The notes under the pieces were generated by a model that was given only the letters and a program-made list of their open reading frames with translations, did no database searches and was not told where the DNA came from. The position numbers and the translations under genes are program-made. A DNA stretch of 64,000 bases from Paramoeba atlantica (lineage: Eukaryota; Protista; Discosea), in assembly GCA_977017575.1 (NCBI GenBank), contig CDRNVI010000063.1, forward strand, positions 558,001 to 622,000, given 5' to 3'. This document shows positions 18,401 to 29,700 of the stretch, one piece after another; the stretch's first letter is position 1, and each line of letters begins with the position of its first letter.

Positions 18401-19492
18401 GTGTGGTGAACGGCGGGACGTGCCGTTCTTGGCATGAGAATCTCGCTTTCCTAAGTCGTAGTGCTTGTTGCAGTCTTTACAAAGAAAGCGCCCCTCTTCC
18501 ATCCACCAGGTATCCGAAACCTCGTCCCCATGTCTGTGGGCTACGTGGTTATAGAATGCCTGCCAGTGTCCCCCGTGAGACACTGTTTTCCATGCGCATC
18601 CCTGGAAAGAACATTTCCGCACGTGTCCATTTTCGCTGGGCGTCTTTTCCCGTCTAGCGGAGGGCGTCTTGGGGATGTGCAGTTTCTCGGCGGTCATGGA
18701 ATCGGAGTGCCCAGTTTTCGCCACCTGATGACGCTTGCGTTTCCCGACCGATGCGTTTGGGTTCCGTTCGTCGGGTGGCAATTCTCCTGACGAGCTGCCA
18801 GCGCTTTCTGCTATGGTTTCTCCTTCGTTTGCTGCAAGAGTGCATGGTCCGGGGGAGTTCAAACTGTAGTCTGTGTTGTCTGTTTTGTCTTCGCTGTCGG
18901 CTCCGGACTCATTACTCAGCTCAGTAGCAGTCCCAGACCAGGCACTCAGCTGGGAAAGAGATATGCCCTTGGGCCGCTTCTTCTTTTTCCGTCCTTTGGA
19001 ACGTCCGACCAATGAGAAATTGAGATCCGGAGGAGTGAGATCTGGGAAGACTAGCTTATTTTCGTCGTAATCGTATTCGGTACGGCTTGAACTGTGGATG
19101 TGGCGCTCACACTTCCCCTTCACAGCCATATTAGAAGTCTTCAATTGGCTGAGTGAAGAGGGGTTGGTTCCTTCAAATTGAAATTCGGAACTCTCAGTCG
19201 GTCGGACGCTAGAGAAAAGTTCTTCTTCGGTGGTAGTGTTATGGTGCCCTGTATCCGGCGTTTCGCCTTCTATAGAGTCCGTAATGTCACTGGCAGTCTT
19301 TTCGGCCTGTCGTGACAATTCAGATGAGGGATCAGGCGGAAGCGGTGTGGTATATAGACCCTCTTCGTACGTGCTCACTCCCTGGACGAGATCTTTGTTG
19401 GCTTCAAATTGGTTCCAGGAGCCTAGCTTATGCTCGTTCGCTTCGCGCTCGAAGTCTGCAACCTGCTTAGCTTTGGATCGGGTTATGACCAT
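15407..19492 (-). CDS. RT-RLE protein, 1361 aa
   Basis: CSFQGC..HVAHRH, RPIAAG, DLKNAFN, GVQQGDPLG, WYLDDG, CPMEKC..H..VC, RPGD. Confidence 0.92.
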   Translation of the reverse strand: MVITRSKAKQVADFEREANEHKLGSWNQFEANKDLVQGVSTYEEGLYTTPLPPDPSSELSRQAEKTASDITDSIEGETPDTGHHNTTTEEELFSSVRPTESSEFQFEGTNPSSLSQLKTSNMAVKGKCERHIHSSSRTEYDYDENKLVFPDLTPPDLNFSLVGRSKGRKKKKRPKGISLSQLSAWSGTATELSNESGADSEDKTDNTDYSLNSPGPCTLAANEGETIAESAGSSSGELPPDERNPNASVGKRKRHQVAKTGHSDSMTAEKLHIPKTPSARREKTPSENGHVRKCSFQGCAWKTVSHGGHWQAFYNHVAHRHGDEVSDTWWMEEGRFLCKDCNKHYDLGKRDSHAKNGTSRRSPHHIPPTTPSNNATPDTNTTLAKAATSPANQTTESESVQAIDPPLPSLSSISALSINTCKNIPDRCRQEWAKTLSGCLYTAIRENTLEAWTLLAMLPKCILPAPHRGGNRAKASYASHVRKCLARWAKGEFLALWNEAVSSLTRKKKSVAQAQNMEEEEKKAVLRAERLVRDGELPRAMTALTSEPLAPDDEATYAKLQSKHPPRLSTSNVQNLLTPDAEPLEATQEEVAEALSTFHRGSSGGAFGLRPEHLQVATQYHHDAYTDPLGTITKFINHMLAGKVPLEAQDHYAGGRLCALKKGEHDVRPIAAGETLRRLASKVACFAARGQARKLFKGHQYGVATPAGAERVIHLCRKTFAEHTDDDDFLLCKIDLKNAFNNVSRDSFTALARQHFPKLASYVEWCYNTGSVLTFGSRTIASSEGVQQGDPLGPLLFSLVMKEVSMEIRAAAPKLTLNLWYLDDGVIAGPSSDVRHALDVITLSGPKWGLHLNAAKCELTSHTASSHRSSLFPDIPGLNKNTEGNFHILWSPVGSTKFCREFILNNAIDLAEESLQAITALEDPQIALSLIRHCTGFCQMVYSLRTTPTAELQDLCKRLDDAVQHTTEHFFRPLSDRAGRQAQREKRYGGLGLRSAEEHSSSAYVASVAFASDKDQWDPADAEGFTQAVQEVNKRAGTTVVQQCGLIPKSLALSTDSPYSNNNEQESSQELVIPRQRDLSHAIASREFREAFSRADLRTRARWISETGEGASEWAFVIPSKKNGLAYTPTEFRTLVRWWLGDAIYPASRPCPMEKCALPLDPEGDHALVCKCGHGIIARHNAIAGQFSSECAKAGFTPRREVSLGNTGPGGALTRPGDVFLSTFDVGQSLVLDFAVTHVQQPKYTDLVRDANWVTAGSFAERYATENKKKQREEADAARHKFGAMVVESYGAWCPSAFAILKEVSTSRAAYSGGTLSKGEALHQLVTTLNVALMRAQARMLVLRLPTSSPDAIINGYGIEE

Positions 19493-19526
19493 AGCGCGTA
19501 AATGAGATAAAGAAATTAAAATAATT

Positions 19527-19561
19527 CAACAAGGTACAGAAACTGTATCTTTATCGTTAAA
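19527..19561 (-). other. Spliced-leader exon copy (35 nt) at the 5' end of C
   Basis: Exact match to the other SL copies. Confidence 0.8.
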
Positions 19562-19570
19562 GAAAATATC

Positions 19571-19698
19571 TTTTTTTTTTTTTTTTTTTTTAACATTCGT
19601 AACTCTCAATGAAATCTAATATTAGAAGGATAATATTATTAGGATTAGGATTTGTGGGAGGAGGAAAGGGGGGAGAGCTCGCTGAGGTCTTTCTCTAG
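19571..19698 (-). mobile_element. Short group-2 (G-type) 3'UTR plus poly(A)
   Basis: Similar to about 45417-45532. Poly-T at 19571-19591. Confidence 0.7.
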
Positions 19699-19925
19699 AA
19701 AAAACGTTGGTCAATTTCACGCGAAAATGCATACAGTTGATACATTTTTTTTTGTGTTATCTTGTGTTATCTTGTGTGCTTTTGGCCCGATTTCCGGAGT
19801 AACTTCAAAGATTCAGCATTGTAGACTTCCTACCCAATGTTCTTGGGCCATATATATAAACTTTTTCGTAGACTTCTAATGATCCGGTTCGCAATCGCTG
19901 CGCGGTTGATGTAAGTACAAATTCC

Positions 19926-20416
19926 TTGTATGCCAGTCTACCCGTATTGGGTTCGGAAGCCTTAGCAGTAAAAGTCGCGGTGATTGCTGAACAGCTCAAG
20001 AGGAATGACCTCGAGATTGAAGTAACTTGGTTCCTTGCAACAGATAATCCCTCCAGTGCTACCACACGGCGTGGAATCCCACTCAGTGTAGACGAAGAAG
20101 AAGAAGAAGGGAAAAGTATTACCGTAAGTTATCTTTCTGGAAACTACAAGTTGCCGAATCCTAAAGTCAAGTACACACGTATTGAAATTGTTCAAAGTGA
20201 ACCAGCGATGCCTGATCGGTTAGAGCAAGCTGTTGACAACACCGAATCAACTCCAAATGATCAAGATGACTTTAAGATTAGAGATGTTCGGACTTGGAAC
20301 AAATATTTAATGACAAACAGCGAATTTGGTGTTGATTTCTTGATTATACGCGTACAAACTGCTCTAGCGCTGCCTTCACCGTTGCCAAACAATTTGGGTC
20401 CAATGTGGGAAGTGCT
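19926..20416 (+). pseudogene. Truncated copy of the gag-like ORF at 31293
   Basis: Identical to 31293-31783, then breaks into element A sequence. Confidence 0.75.
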
Positions 20417-20420
20417 GTTA

Positions 20421-21700
20421 ATGTTAGGGGTTGCGGATTGCTTTTTGAGGGCGTTGTTTACTGTATCATTCCACAAGGGTACGTAATCTTGCGCCAGCCA
20501 TCGGTTCATGCACTTTTCGACGAATGATGCGTATGTTGTGTGATTCTTGCGTCCTCCTCGGTGCGGAGCTGGTAGGAGACACTTCGGGAGCATAGCGAAT
20601 AACGTCCACGCGGCGGGGGAGTTTTCCTTGACTGCGTTTTCGGCCGTTTTTGTTAAGATTTCTCCCCAAAGATGACGGCATCGGGCGGGGACGTCTTTGC
20701 AAGTGCTCAATTGTGTCTGAGAAATAGAGGCCAACGAGGGGAGCTCGGGTTGATGCATCTGAGTTGTGGGGGGGTGGCTTTCGTCGCTTGGGTGTGACAT
20801 GTGTGATGGGCTTTGAGGGGTTGTCATCTTTCCCTTGCAGGACTGTGGGTGTGTTTCCCTTTTATTGACATCGTAAGAGCGCCCGCATGCAGCACACAGG
20901 AATCTACCTTCTGTAGCCCACCAGGCGGCAGGGATGCTGCTAGCATGGCGACAGGCGACGTGGTTATAAAACGCTTGCCACGATACCCCGTGCGCCGGGC
21001 TCCGCCAAGTGCATCCCATCGCCGGGCATTCTCGGAATTCTTCTCTGTTTTGTGTAACTTCGGTGGCTGAGTCCTTGGCCTCAGCTAGGAGAGGTGAGGG
21101 AGGGTTTTTCTCTGTCGCCGGTATTCGTTTAGAATGCCTCGTGTCTGTCTTCGTGGGTCCTTTCGAGGGAGAAACGTTGTGTAGCAGACGGGGAGAGACG
21201 TCCTGTACTACGGCATTAAGCTTCAGTGCTTTGTCGGGGGTCCGCGATGCAGGTGCGTTCTCATGAGTTGTGCTCTGCCGTCTTACCCCACAGTGTTGCA
21301 TTTCCTCGTTTTCTGCCTCAGTATGGCCCGTGTCTGGAGTTTCCCTCTCCTGTGCAATTTGGCGTGCGTGATCCATCCATTCCGCGGGAATATCCATCGG
21401 GATCGGCGTGGTATAAAGTTGCTCGTTGTATGTACTTGCAGTGGAGATCAAGTGTTTGTTCCCCTCAAACTGGTCCCAACTGCCGAGTCGGTGGGAACGC
21501 TCTTCATTGGTGAAAGTGCCTTCGCTGAGCTTACCTTCGTTTGTGTTAGTCAATATGTGGGGTGAAGGTGGATTTTTGTCTAGGCTTGCGCGAGATCGAA
21601 GACTTTGATCGCTTTTCATGGGGAAGGACGCTAATCCCCGGGGAGTAACTAAAGAAAGGAAAAATAATTCAACAAGGTACAGAAACTGTATCTTTATCGT
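20421..21700 (-). pseudogene. 5' part of element A (SL and N-terminal ~400 aa), cut by the duplication junction
   Basis: ORF 20261..21619 matches A up to ATPNI. SL at 21670-21700. Confidence 0.88.
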
Positions 21701-22327
21701 AGCCCAAAACTAGTAATTCAACCTGCCTTAAGTTATTTATGATTCTGATAACAATAATAATAAAAAAGGAAGCAATCCACGCCCAATCCATCCACGCGTT
21801 CCGCGCGTTTTTTTTTTTTTTTTTTTTTTTTTTGAATGTACGGTATCACTTTCTTACTTACTTTCCTACTTACTTTACTTCGCCCTTATCAACTTCGCCC
21901 GCTTCTCTCCCTTATCTCCACCCCTCAAAGAAACCATCCGCGACTTTCCGACTTCACCCGCTTCTTTCCCTCACTTCCCCCCCCCGAGCATCCATCCGCG
22001 CCTTCCAAACTTTGCCCTCCTCTTTCCCTCACTTCCCCCCAGAAATCAATCCGCGCGTGCTCCACCCCTTCTTCCAGCAGTGCGCGCTTCGGACCGGGTC
22101 TCTCGACCTCTCCACGGCCTGGCTTGGGAACCCTTCCCTTGTTATGCGGGAGGGCGCAGGCGCGGGCATGTGCCGACAGCGGCACGGTCACGAAGTTGGG
22201 TTTTGATCGCCGGATTCGGATGAATGTTCCGAATCCATACCTGTCTCACATTGGGGTACCTTGCTCGTGAAAGCGAGGCGTGAGGATAGGCACTGTCGGC
22301 TCGATCGGCCTCGGGCCGCTCTGGAGG

Positions 22328-25300
22328 CTATTCCTCCAGAGTTGCGATGGGGTCTTCGGAAGGTGAACGAGCAACCATCATGCGCGCTTGAAAGCGCATA
22401 AGGGTTATGTTTAGTTCAGCGAAGATTCGGCTCGTTGCCTCACCTTCCGAAAGTAGACCCCCCGAGGCGTGCGAACACCTCTCACCGACTTTGCGGAGCA
22501 CGGCTGAAGCGCTGGGGCTCCAGGCGCCATAACTTTCGACAACCATGGCCGTAAAGTCGCATCCTGCCTCTACGGCTTCTCGACGCTGCTTGCCCTTCTC
22601 CATTGAGGAATAATGTTCGGCAAATGACCCCGCGGCAACCCAGCTAGCGTTTCGGACTTTGTCCGTATATTTTAATTGCTGAGCATGGGTGACCGCGAAG
22701 TCAAGCACAATGGGATTTCCAAGAAAAAGGCTGGGCAAGTATATGTCGCCAGGTCTGGTGAGGGCCCCGCCTGGGCCCCTGTTCCCGAGACTCTTTTCTC
22801 GTTGAGGGGCGAGGCGGGCTCGACTGCACACGTCCGCGAACTGGTCCGTAACAGCGTTGTGCCTGGTCACAATACCATGGCCATGTTTGCAAGACAGTGC
22901 ATGGTCCCCTTTGCTGTCAAGGGGGAGCGAGCATTTCGGCATGGGGCACGTGCTATCTTCATGGTAGATGTCCACGCCTAACCACCAACGGGCCAAAGTT
23001 CGGAATTGTGTGGGGGTAAAGGCGTGCCCAAGGTCTTTCGAAGGAGTCACAAAGGCCCAGCTGCTCGCTCCCGTGCCACACTGGGAGATCCACCTTGCAC
23101 GGGTTCGTGCGTCAGTTGTCTCATATTCCTGGGAAAAGGCATGGGCTGCAATAGCATAACTGATTACCCGCTGGCGCGGGATCTTCCCTTTGGGCCACTG
23201 TGGGGGTAACATGTCCTGGCATTCTTCAGAACCGTAGAGGGGAGTCGAGAGTGGGTAGGCATCCGTGGGTGTGTTGGCCGTGCGGGAAGTCGTACGAAGA
23301 ATATGTCCCGGAGGCTCGTCCGGGGGGTGAGGATCATTCCCTGGCGGAGGGCGCCTTCTCTTCCGGTAGGAGTACGGCGCGCTCAGGGCCTTCTCGCATG
23401 GGGCGTTGGGAGTTGTGAGAACACGACCTCGGGGATCGAGGAGAGCAGTGCCGGCCTTCTGATTGATGTCGAGGATGGCCTCCGAGAAACCTTCAGCGTC
23501 TGTGGGATCCCAGGAATCTGTGGCAGAGGCAAAGGCGACGGATGCAACGTAAGCCGCGGAGGCGTGGAGAGCTGCGGATCTCAGACCTAATCCCCCATGA
23601 CGCTTCAGTCGCTGTGCTTGAGATTGTGCTGACCTGTCCAGAGGACAGATGATTGCCTCTATAGCGGTCATGAGAGTCGTCTAAACGGGAGCAAAGGTGA
23701 ATCAGGGACTGTGGGGGCGTGCTTCTCATGGCATACACCATTTGACAGAACCCCGCACATTGACGAATTAGGGCAAGCGCGACCTGGGGGTCCTGAATGT
23801 TGGTGATGGCATCGAGGGTATCCTCGGCTGGTTCTAGGGCGTGAGAAAGAAGATAAGCAGAGCAGTGGTCGGCGGATCCTACAGGACTCCCTAGTATGTC
23901 AAAGTTCCCCTGCGAATTGATCTTCTCGTCGGGTATGTCTGGGAAGTAATCAGCCTGGTGGGCCGAGCTGGGGGAAGTAATAATTTCGCATTTCGACGTA
24001 TTGAGATACAAGCCCCATTGAGGTCCTACTCGGGCGATCGTGTCTAGGGCGTCTCTAACTTCCTGCGCCTGGCCAACGAGGACGCCATCGTCGAGATACC
24101 AGAGTTGGGCGGGAATATCAGTTTGAAGGTTAATGGCTTCTGAGAGCTCCAGGGCCACTAACGAGAAGAGCAATGGTCCTAGGGGATCGCCCTGTTGTAC
24201 TCCTTCCTCGGAGGAGATGAATCGGGCCCCGTAGGTAAGAGAGCTGGGGTCGGAATAGCACCAATTGATCCAAGGGAAGAGTTCCGGGAAATATTCCTGT
24301 ACTAGTGGAAGGAAGGCAGCCCTGCTTACGTTATTGAAAGCGTTACGTAGGTCCACTTTGCACATGACGAAGTTCGGGTTTTCCATATTGGACGACATGG
24401 CCAGGCGACACATGTGAATGACTCTTTCGGCCCCGGCTGGCGCTGCCACTCCGTACTGTTTGCCTTCAAAGAGCTCGCTCGCTTTGGGTCGGATTGCGTT
24501 GCATACGGCTTTGCTCGCTAATCGCCGAAGGGTTTCACCGGCAGCGATCGGACGAACATCATTTTCGCCCTTTGATAGGGCGCATAAGCGCGCCCCTGCG
24601 AAGTGCGCCTGTACTTCAGAGGGTGCCTTCCCAGCTAGGAGGTGATTTGTTAGCTTTGTGAGGGATCGGAGAAAGTCATTTCCGTGTACGAGCAGTGCTG
24701 CCTGTAGGTGCTCTGGGCGTAATCCCATAGTGCCGGCAGAGGAACCCCTGTTGAAGCTCTTCAGCGTCTTTGCAACTTCGCGTTCGTCAAGTTCCAGTGG
24801 AGCGCAGTTCGGGGGCGGGCAGTTTTCGCACGAGTCAATTTGAAGACGACGGGGGTGTTTTTCTAGCAATTTTTCAAATGTCTCGTCATCGTCAGGCGCC
24901 ATTGGATCTGACGTTAGGGAGGCCAACCCTCTAGAGAGCTCGCCGTGGCGGACGAGGAGTTCTGCTCGAATCGCTGCCTTCTCGTCTTCGTCAGGGAATT
25001 CCGTTGGAGATTTTTGCTTTTTTCGACAGGCTACAATTGCTTCGCTCCATAGGTCCGAGTACTCTTGTTCCGCCCAACGCTGCATGCATTTATACGCATG
25101 TGAGGCATATGCCATGTGGCCTTTGCGGCCCCCTCGATGCGGAGCTGGTAAAACGCATTTGGGAAGCATGGCCAGAAGCGTCCATGCCTGTAAGGAGTTT
25201 TCAGAGACCGCGTTCCGAATGGCGGAGGAGAGGATTTCTTCCCAGATCTGGCGGCAACGATAAGGCACGTCTTCGCACGTACTCAGCTGAAGAGAGCAGA

Positions 25301-26279
25301 CAGAAGGAAGAGGTGGGAGCTCAAAGTTGGTGTTCTCTGGTGTTGGTGCGGTGCTCACTTCGTTGGGTGGAGTAAGAAGTTCGGGAGAAAGGAGCGCGAC
25401 GGTTTTCGTTCCTTTGCAGCTGTGTGTGTGCGATGATCGTTTGTGGTTGTCGTAGTGGCGTCCGCATGAGGTGCATAGAAAACGGCCTTCTCTGTACCAC
25501 CATTCATTAGGGATGCTGTTACCGTGCCGGCATGCGACATGGTTATAGAAGGCTTGCCAGGATCCGCCATGCGACGGACTGCGCCATGAACATCCCTGGG
25601 CCGGGCACTCTCGGAGCGCGGCAGACTTTCCTTGGGACAATGAGTTGGGCTCAGCGAGGCTAACGCCAGCGTTTTCAATATTCTGGGTTTCGTGTCTTCT
25701 TCCTGGTTGCTCTTGAGATGGACCCGGAATAAGTTCATAAGGATGCAAGAGTGAAGGTGTCTCTGGGTCTACCCGGTATCGGATGAGCTTATTTCTCCGT
25801 GGAGTAGGGGTTTTCTTGGAGTGACCTTTAATGTCCTCATTGCTACGTGCTTGGGCGGATAGAGCAGTTTTGAGTGGTGTACTTAGATGCTGTGTAGCAT
25901 TCAAAGCCTCTTTCGTCTTCTTCGCTGGCGTTACTTGCCTGATAACAGCGGAGTGTTGCATCTCTTCATTTTCGACCTCCGTGTGACCTGTGTCCGGTGT
26001 TTCATTAACCCCACCTACGATCGCGTTCGTTCGGCGGATCCAATCTTCAGGAATATTCTGAGGGATGGGGGTCGTGTAAAGGTCTTCATGGTATGTGCTC
26101 GTCCCCGTGATTAAATGTTCGTTTCCTTTAAATTGGTCCCAAGACCCCGGTCGGTGAGTTCTGCCATTAATTTCTAAGCATTTGTCGTCCGTCTCCATGG
26201 CTTCGGCTTCGTGGTCCGGATTTCCGCTGTTGTCGTCTATGGGAGGAAGTGTGTCTGCGGGGGGGATGATACCAGACAT
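22328..26279 (-). pseudogene. Frameshifted copy of the element B ORF
   Basis: GAGAAAGTC (12304) is GAGAGTC at about 23672, splitting it into 928-aa and 447-aa ORFs. SL at 26324-26358. Confidence 0.88.
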
Positions 26280-26772
26280 AAAAATTAACCCGTACCTCGG
26301 AAAGAGATGAAATAGAAAAAATTCAACAAGGTACAGAAACTGTATCTTTATCGTTAAAGATATTTAACGAAATATTTTATTTATTTTTTTTATTTTTTAT
26401 TTTTTGCATGAAAGGGGGGAAAGTATTTAAAAAAGATGATTTTTTTGAGAGATAAAGGAAAACATGCAATGGCAGTACTTGAAACCAGTGCTATGATATT
26501 TATCGATCTAATTATCTGCATTGTCAATTTCTGCATGTAAATTTCTTAGTTTTTCCTCCTTCCACAAGCAATCAGCCCACCCCAAACTAGCAAACAATTT
26601 CCCCCCACGAAGCCGCCTCCCTGAAGAGAAATGCAGTGAAAAAGTGACACCCGAAAGGTAAAAACACCCGGGGGTTTTTTCTATCCCCCCCACACTTTGC
26701 CCTACCCCCCACAATTAAATCCCAGCTCGTACCGGTTGAGCTCGCGAGTAGAAAACCCCTTTCGCATGAACA

Positions 26773-29700
26773 TTACTCTTCAATTCCGTATCCATTAATA
26801 ATCGCGTCGGGGGATGATGTAGGCAGCCGCAATACGAGCATACGAGCTTGTGCCCTCATTAGGGCGACGTTTAGTGTCGTCACCAGTTGGTGTAGTGCTT
26901 CCCCCTTCGAGAGCGTGCCCCCGGAGTACGCTGCCCGGGAAGTGGAGACTTCCTTGAGTATCGCGAAGGCACTGGGGCACCATGCCCCGTATGACTCCAC
27001 CACCATAGCGCCAAACTTGTGACGCGCTGCGTCTGCTTCCTCTCTTTGTTTCTTCTTGTTCTCCGTTGCGTAGCGCTCCGCAAAAGACCCCGCCGTCACC
27101 CAGTTAGCATCACGGACTAAGTCCGTATACTTTGGCTGCTGAACATGAGTGACAGCGAAGTCTAATACAAGAGACTGGCCTACGTCGAAAGTAGAGAGGA
27201 AGACGTCCCCTGGCCTAGTGAGGGCGCCCCCAGGACCCGTGTTCCCCAGGCTCACTTCTCTCCGCGGGGTAAACCCAGCTTTCGCGCATTCTGAGGAGAA
27301 CTGTCCCGCTATAGCGTTGTGTCGTGCTATGATACCGTGCCCGCACTTGCATACCAGTGCGTGATCACCCTCGGGGTCAAGTGGCAGGGCGCATTTCTCC
27401 ATAGGACATGGCCGGGAAGCCGGATAAATAGCGTCTCCGAGCCACCACCGCACAAGAGTACGAAATTCAGTTGGTGTGTAGGCCAAGCCGTTTTTCTTAG
27501 AGGGGATTACGAAAGCCCACTCCGAGGCCCCTTCTCCCGTTTCCGATATCCATCTGGCCCTCGTTCGGAGATCGGCACGAGAAAAGGCCTCCCGAAATTC
27601 GCGGGAGGCGATGGCATGACTAAGATCACGCTGGCGAGGGATTACGAGCTCTTGGCTAGATTCCTGCTCGTTATTATTTGAGTAAGGAGAGTCCGTCGAC
27701 AATGCGAGACTTTTCGGTATTAATCCACATTGTTGTACCACAGTTGTCCCGGCGCGTTTATTGACCTCCTGTACAGCTTGGGTGAACCCCTCGGCATCCG
27801 CCGGGTCCCATTGGTCCTTGTCTGAGGCGAAAGCGACGGAGGCCACGTATGCGGAACTCGAGTGTTCCTCCGCTGACCGGAGCCCCAACCCCCCGTACCG
27901 CTTTTCGCGTTGTGCCTGGCGTCCGGCCCTATCGCTCAGAGGACGAAAGAAATGTTCAGTGGTATGTTGGACAGCATCATCTAAGCGTTTGCAGAGGTCC
28001 TGTAGTTCTGCTGTTGGGGTTGTTCTGAGCGAGTACACCATTTGACAAAAACCCGTACAGTGCCGGATCAGAGACAAGGCGATCTGGGGGTCTTCGAGCG
28101 CCGTTATAGCCTGCAACGATTCTTCGGCCAAGTCGATCGCATTGTTGAGGATGAACTCGCGGCAAAATTTGGTGGATCCAACTGGACTCCACAAAATATG
28201 GAAATTGCCTTCTGTATTTTTATTCAAACCGGGGATATCAGGGAAAAGGGAGGAACGGTGGGAGGAAGCGGTGTGAGACGTAAGCTCGCACTTGGCGGCA
28301 TTGAGATGTAAACCCCATTTTGGTCCGGATAACGTAATCACATCCAGTGCGTGCCGTACGTCGCTAGATGGACCGGCGATTACCCCGTCATCTAAGTACC
28401 AGAGGTTTAGGGTGAGTTTCGGGGCGGCCGCACGGATTTCCATGGAAACTTCTTTCATGACCAGTGAGAAAAGAAGAGGGCCCAGTGGGTCACCTTGCTG
28501 TACTCCTTCAGAGGATGCGATGGTGCGGGAACCAAAGGTAAGAACGCTTCCAGTATTGTAACACCATTCCACATAGGAAGCCAGTTTAGGGAAGTGTTGG
28601 CGTGCTAGGGCCGTGAAAGAATCCCGTGAAACATTGTTAAATGCGTTTTTGAGATCAATCTTGCATAGTAAAAAATCGTCGTCATCAGTGTGTTCGGCAA
28701 AGGTCTTCCGGCAGAGATGTATCACCCTTTCTGCACCCGCAGGTGTAGCTACACCGTACTGGTGCCCTTTGAAAAGTTTGCGGGCCTGCCCCCTAGCCGC
28801 GAAGCAGGCGACTTTGCTTGCCAAGCGACGAAGGGTTTCTCCAGCTGCAATCGGGCGTACGTCATGTTCCCCTTTTTTCAAGGCGCACAACCGACCCCCC
28901 GCGTAGTGGTCTTGGGCTTCTAAAGGTACTTTTCCTGCGAGCATGTGATTGATGAATTTGGTGATTGTGCCCAGAGGGTCGGTATACGCGTCATGATGAT
29001 ACTGCGTTGCTACCTGTAGATGCTCCGGTCGCAGACCAAAGGCCCCACCTGAGGACCCTCGGTGAAAAGTGGAGAGAGCTTCGGCCACTTCTTCTTGAGT
29101 CGCTTCAAGCGGTTCAGCATCCGGGGTCAGGAGGTTTTGCACGTTGGAGGTGGATAGCCTGGGTGGGTGCTTAGACTGGAGCTTCGCGTAGGTCGCTTCA
29201 TCGTCGGGGGCAAGAGGTTCAGAAGTTAGGGCAGTCATGGCTCGGGGGAGCTCTCCGTCACGAACAAGCCGTTCAGCACGTAAGACCGCTTTCTTTTCCT
29301 CTTCCTCCATGTTCTGCGCTTGTGCCACGCTTTTCTTTTTCCGTGTGAGACTAGAAACCGCTTCGTTCCACAGCGCCAGGAATTCTCCCTTGGCCCATCT
29401 AGCTAGACACTTCCTTACGTGGGAGGCGTATGACGCTTTTGCGCGGTTACCTCCACGGTGGGGGGCGGGTAAAATGCACTTAGGCAGCATGGCGAGAAGT
29501 GTCCAAGCTTCGAGTGTGTTTTCGCGGATCGCCGTGTATAAGCATCCGCTAAGCGTCTTGGCCCATTCTTGCCTGCAGCGGTCTGGGATGTTCTTACAGG
29601 TATTTATGGACAGAGCGCTGATCGAAGATAAACTCGGAAGGGGTGGATCTATGGCCTGTACGCTCTCGCTTTCCGTGGTTTGATTAGCTGGAGAGGTGGC

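Larger units (their letters stand above)
14993..19561 (-). mobile_element. Full-length CRE-clade element C
   Basis: SL at 19527-19561, ORF, 3'UTR ending in an A-rich tract next to the SL of B. Confidence 0.88.
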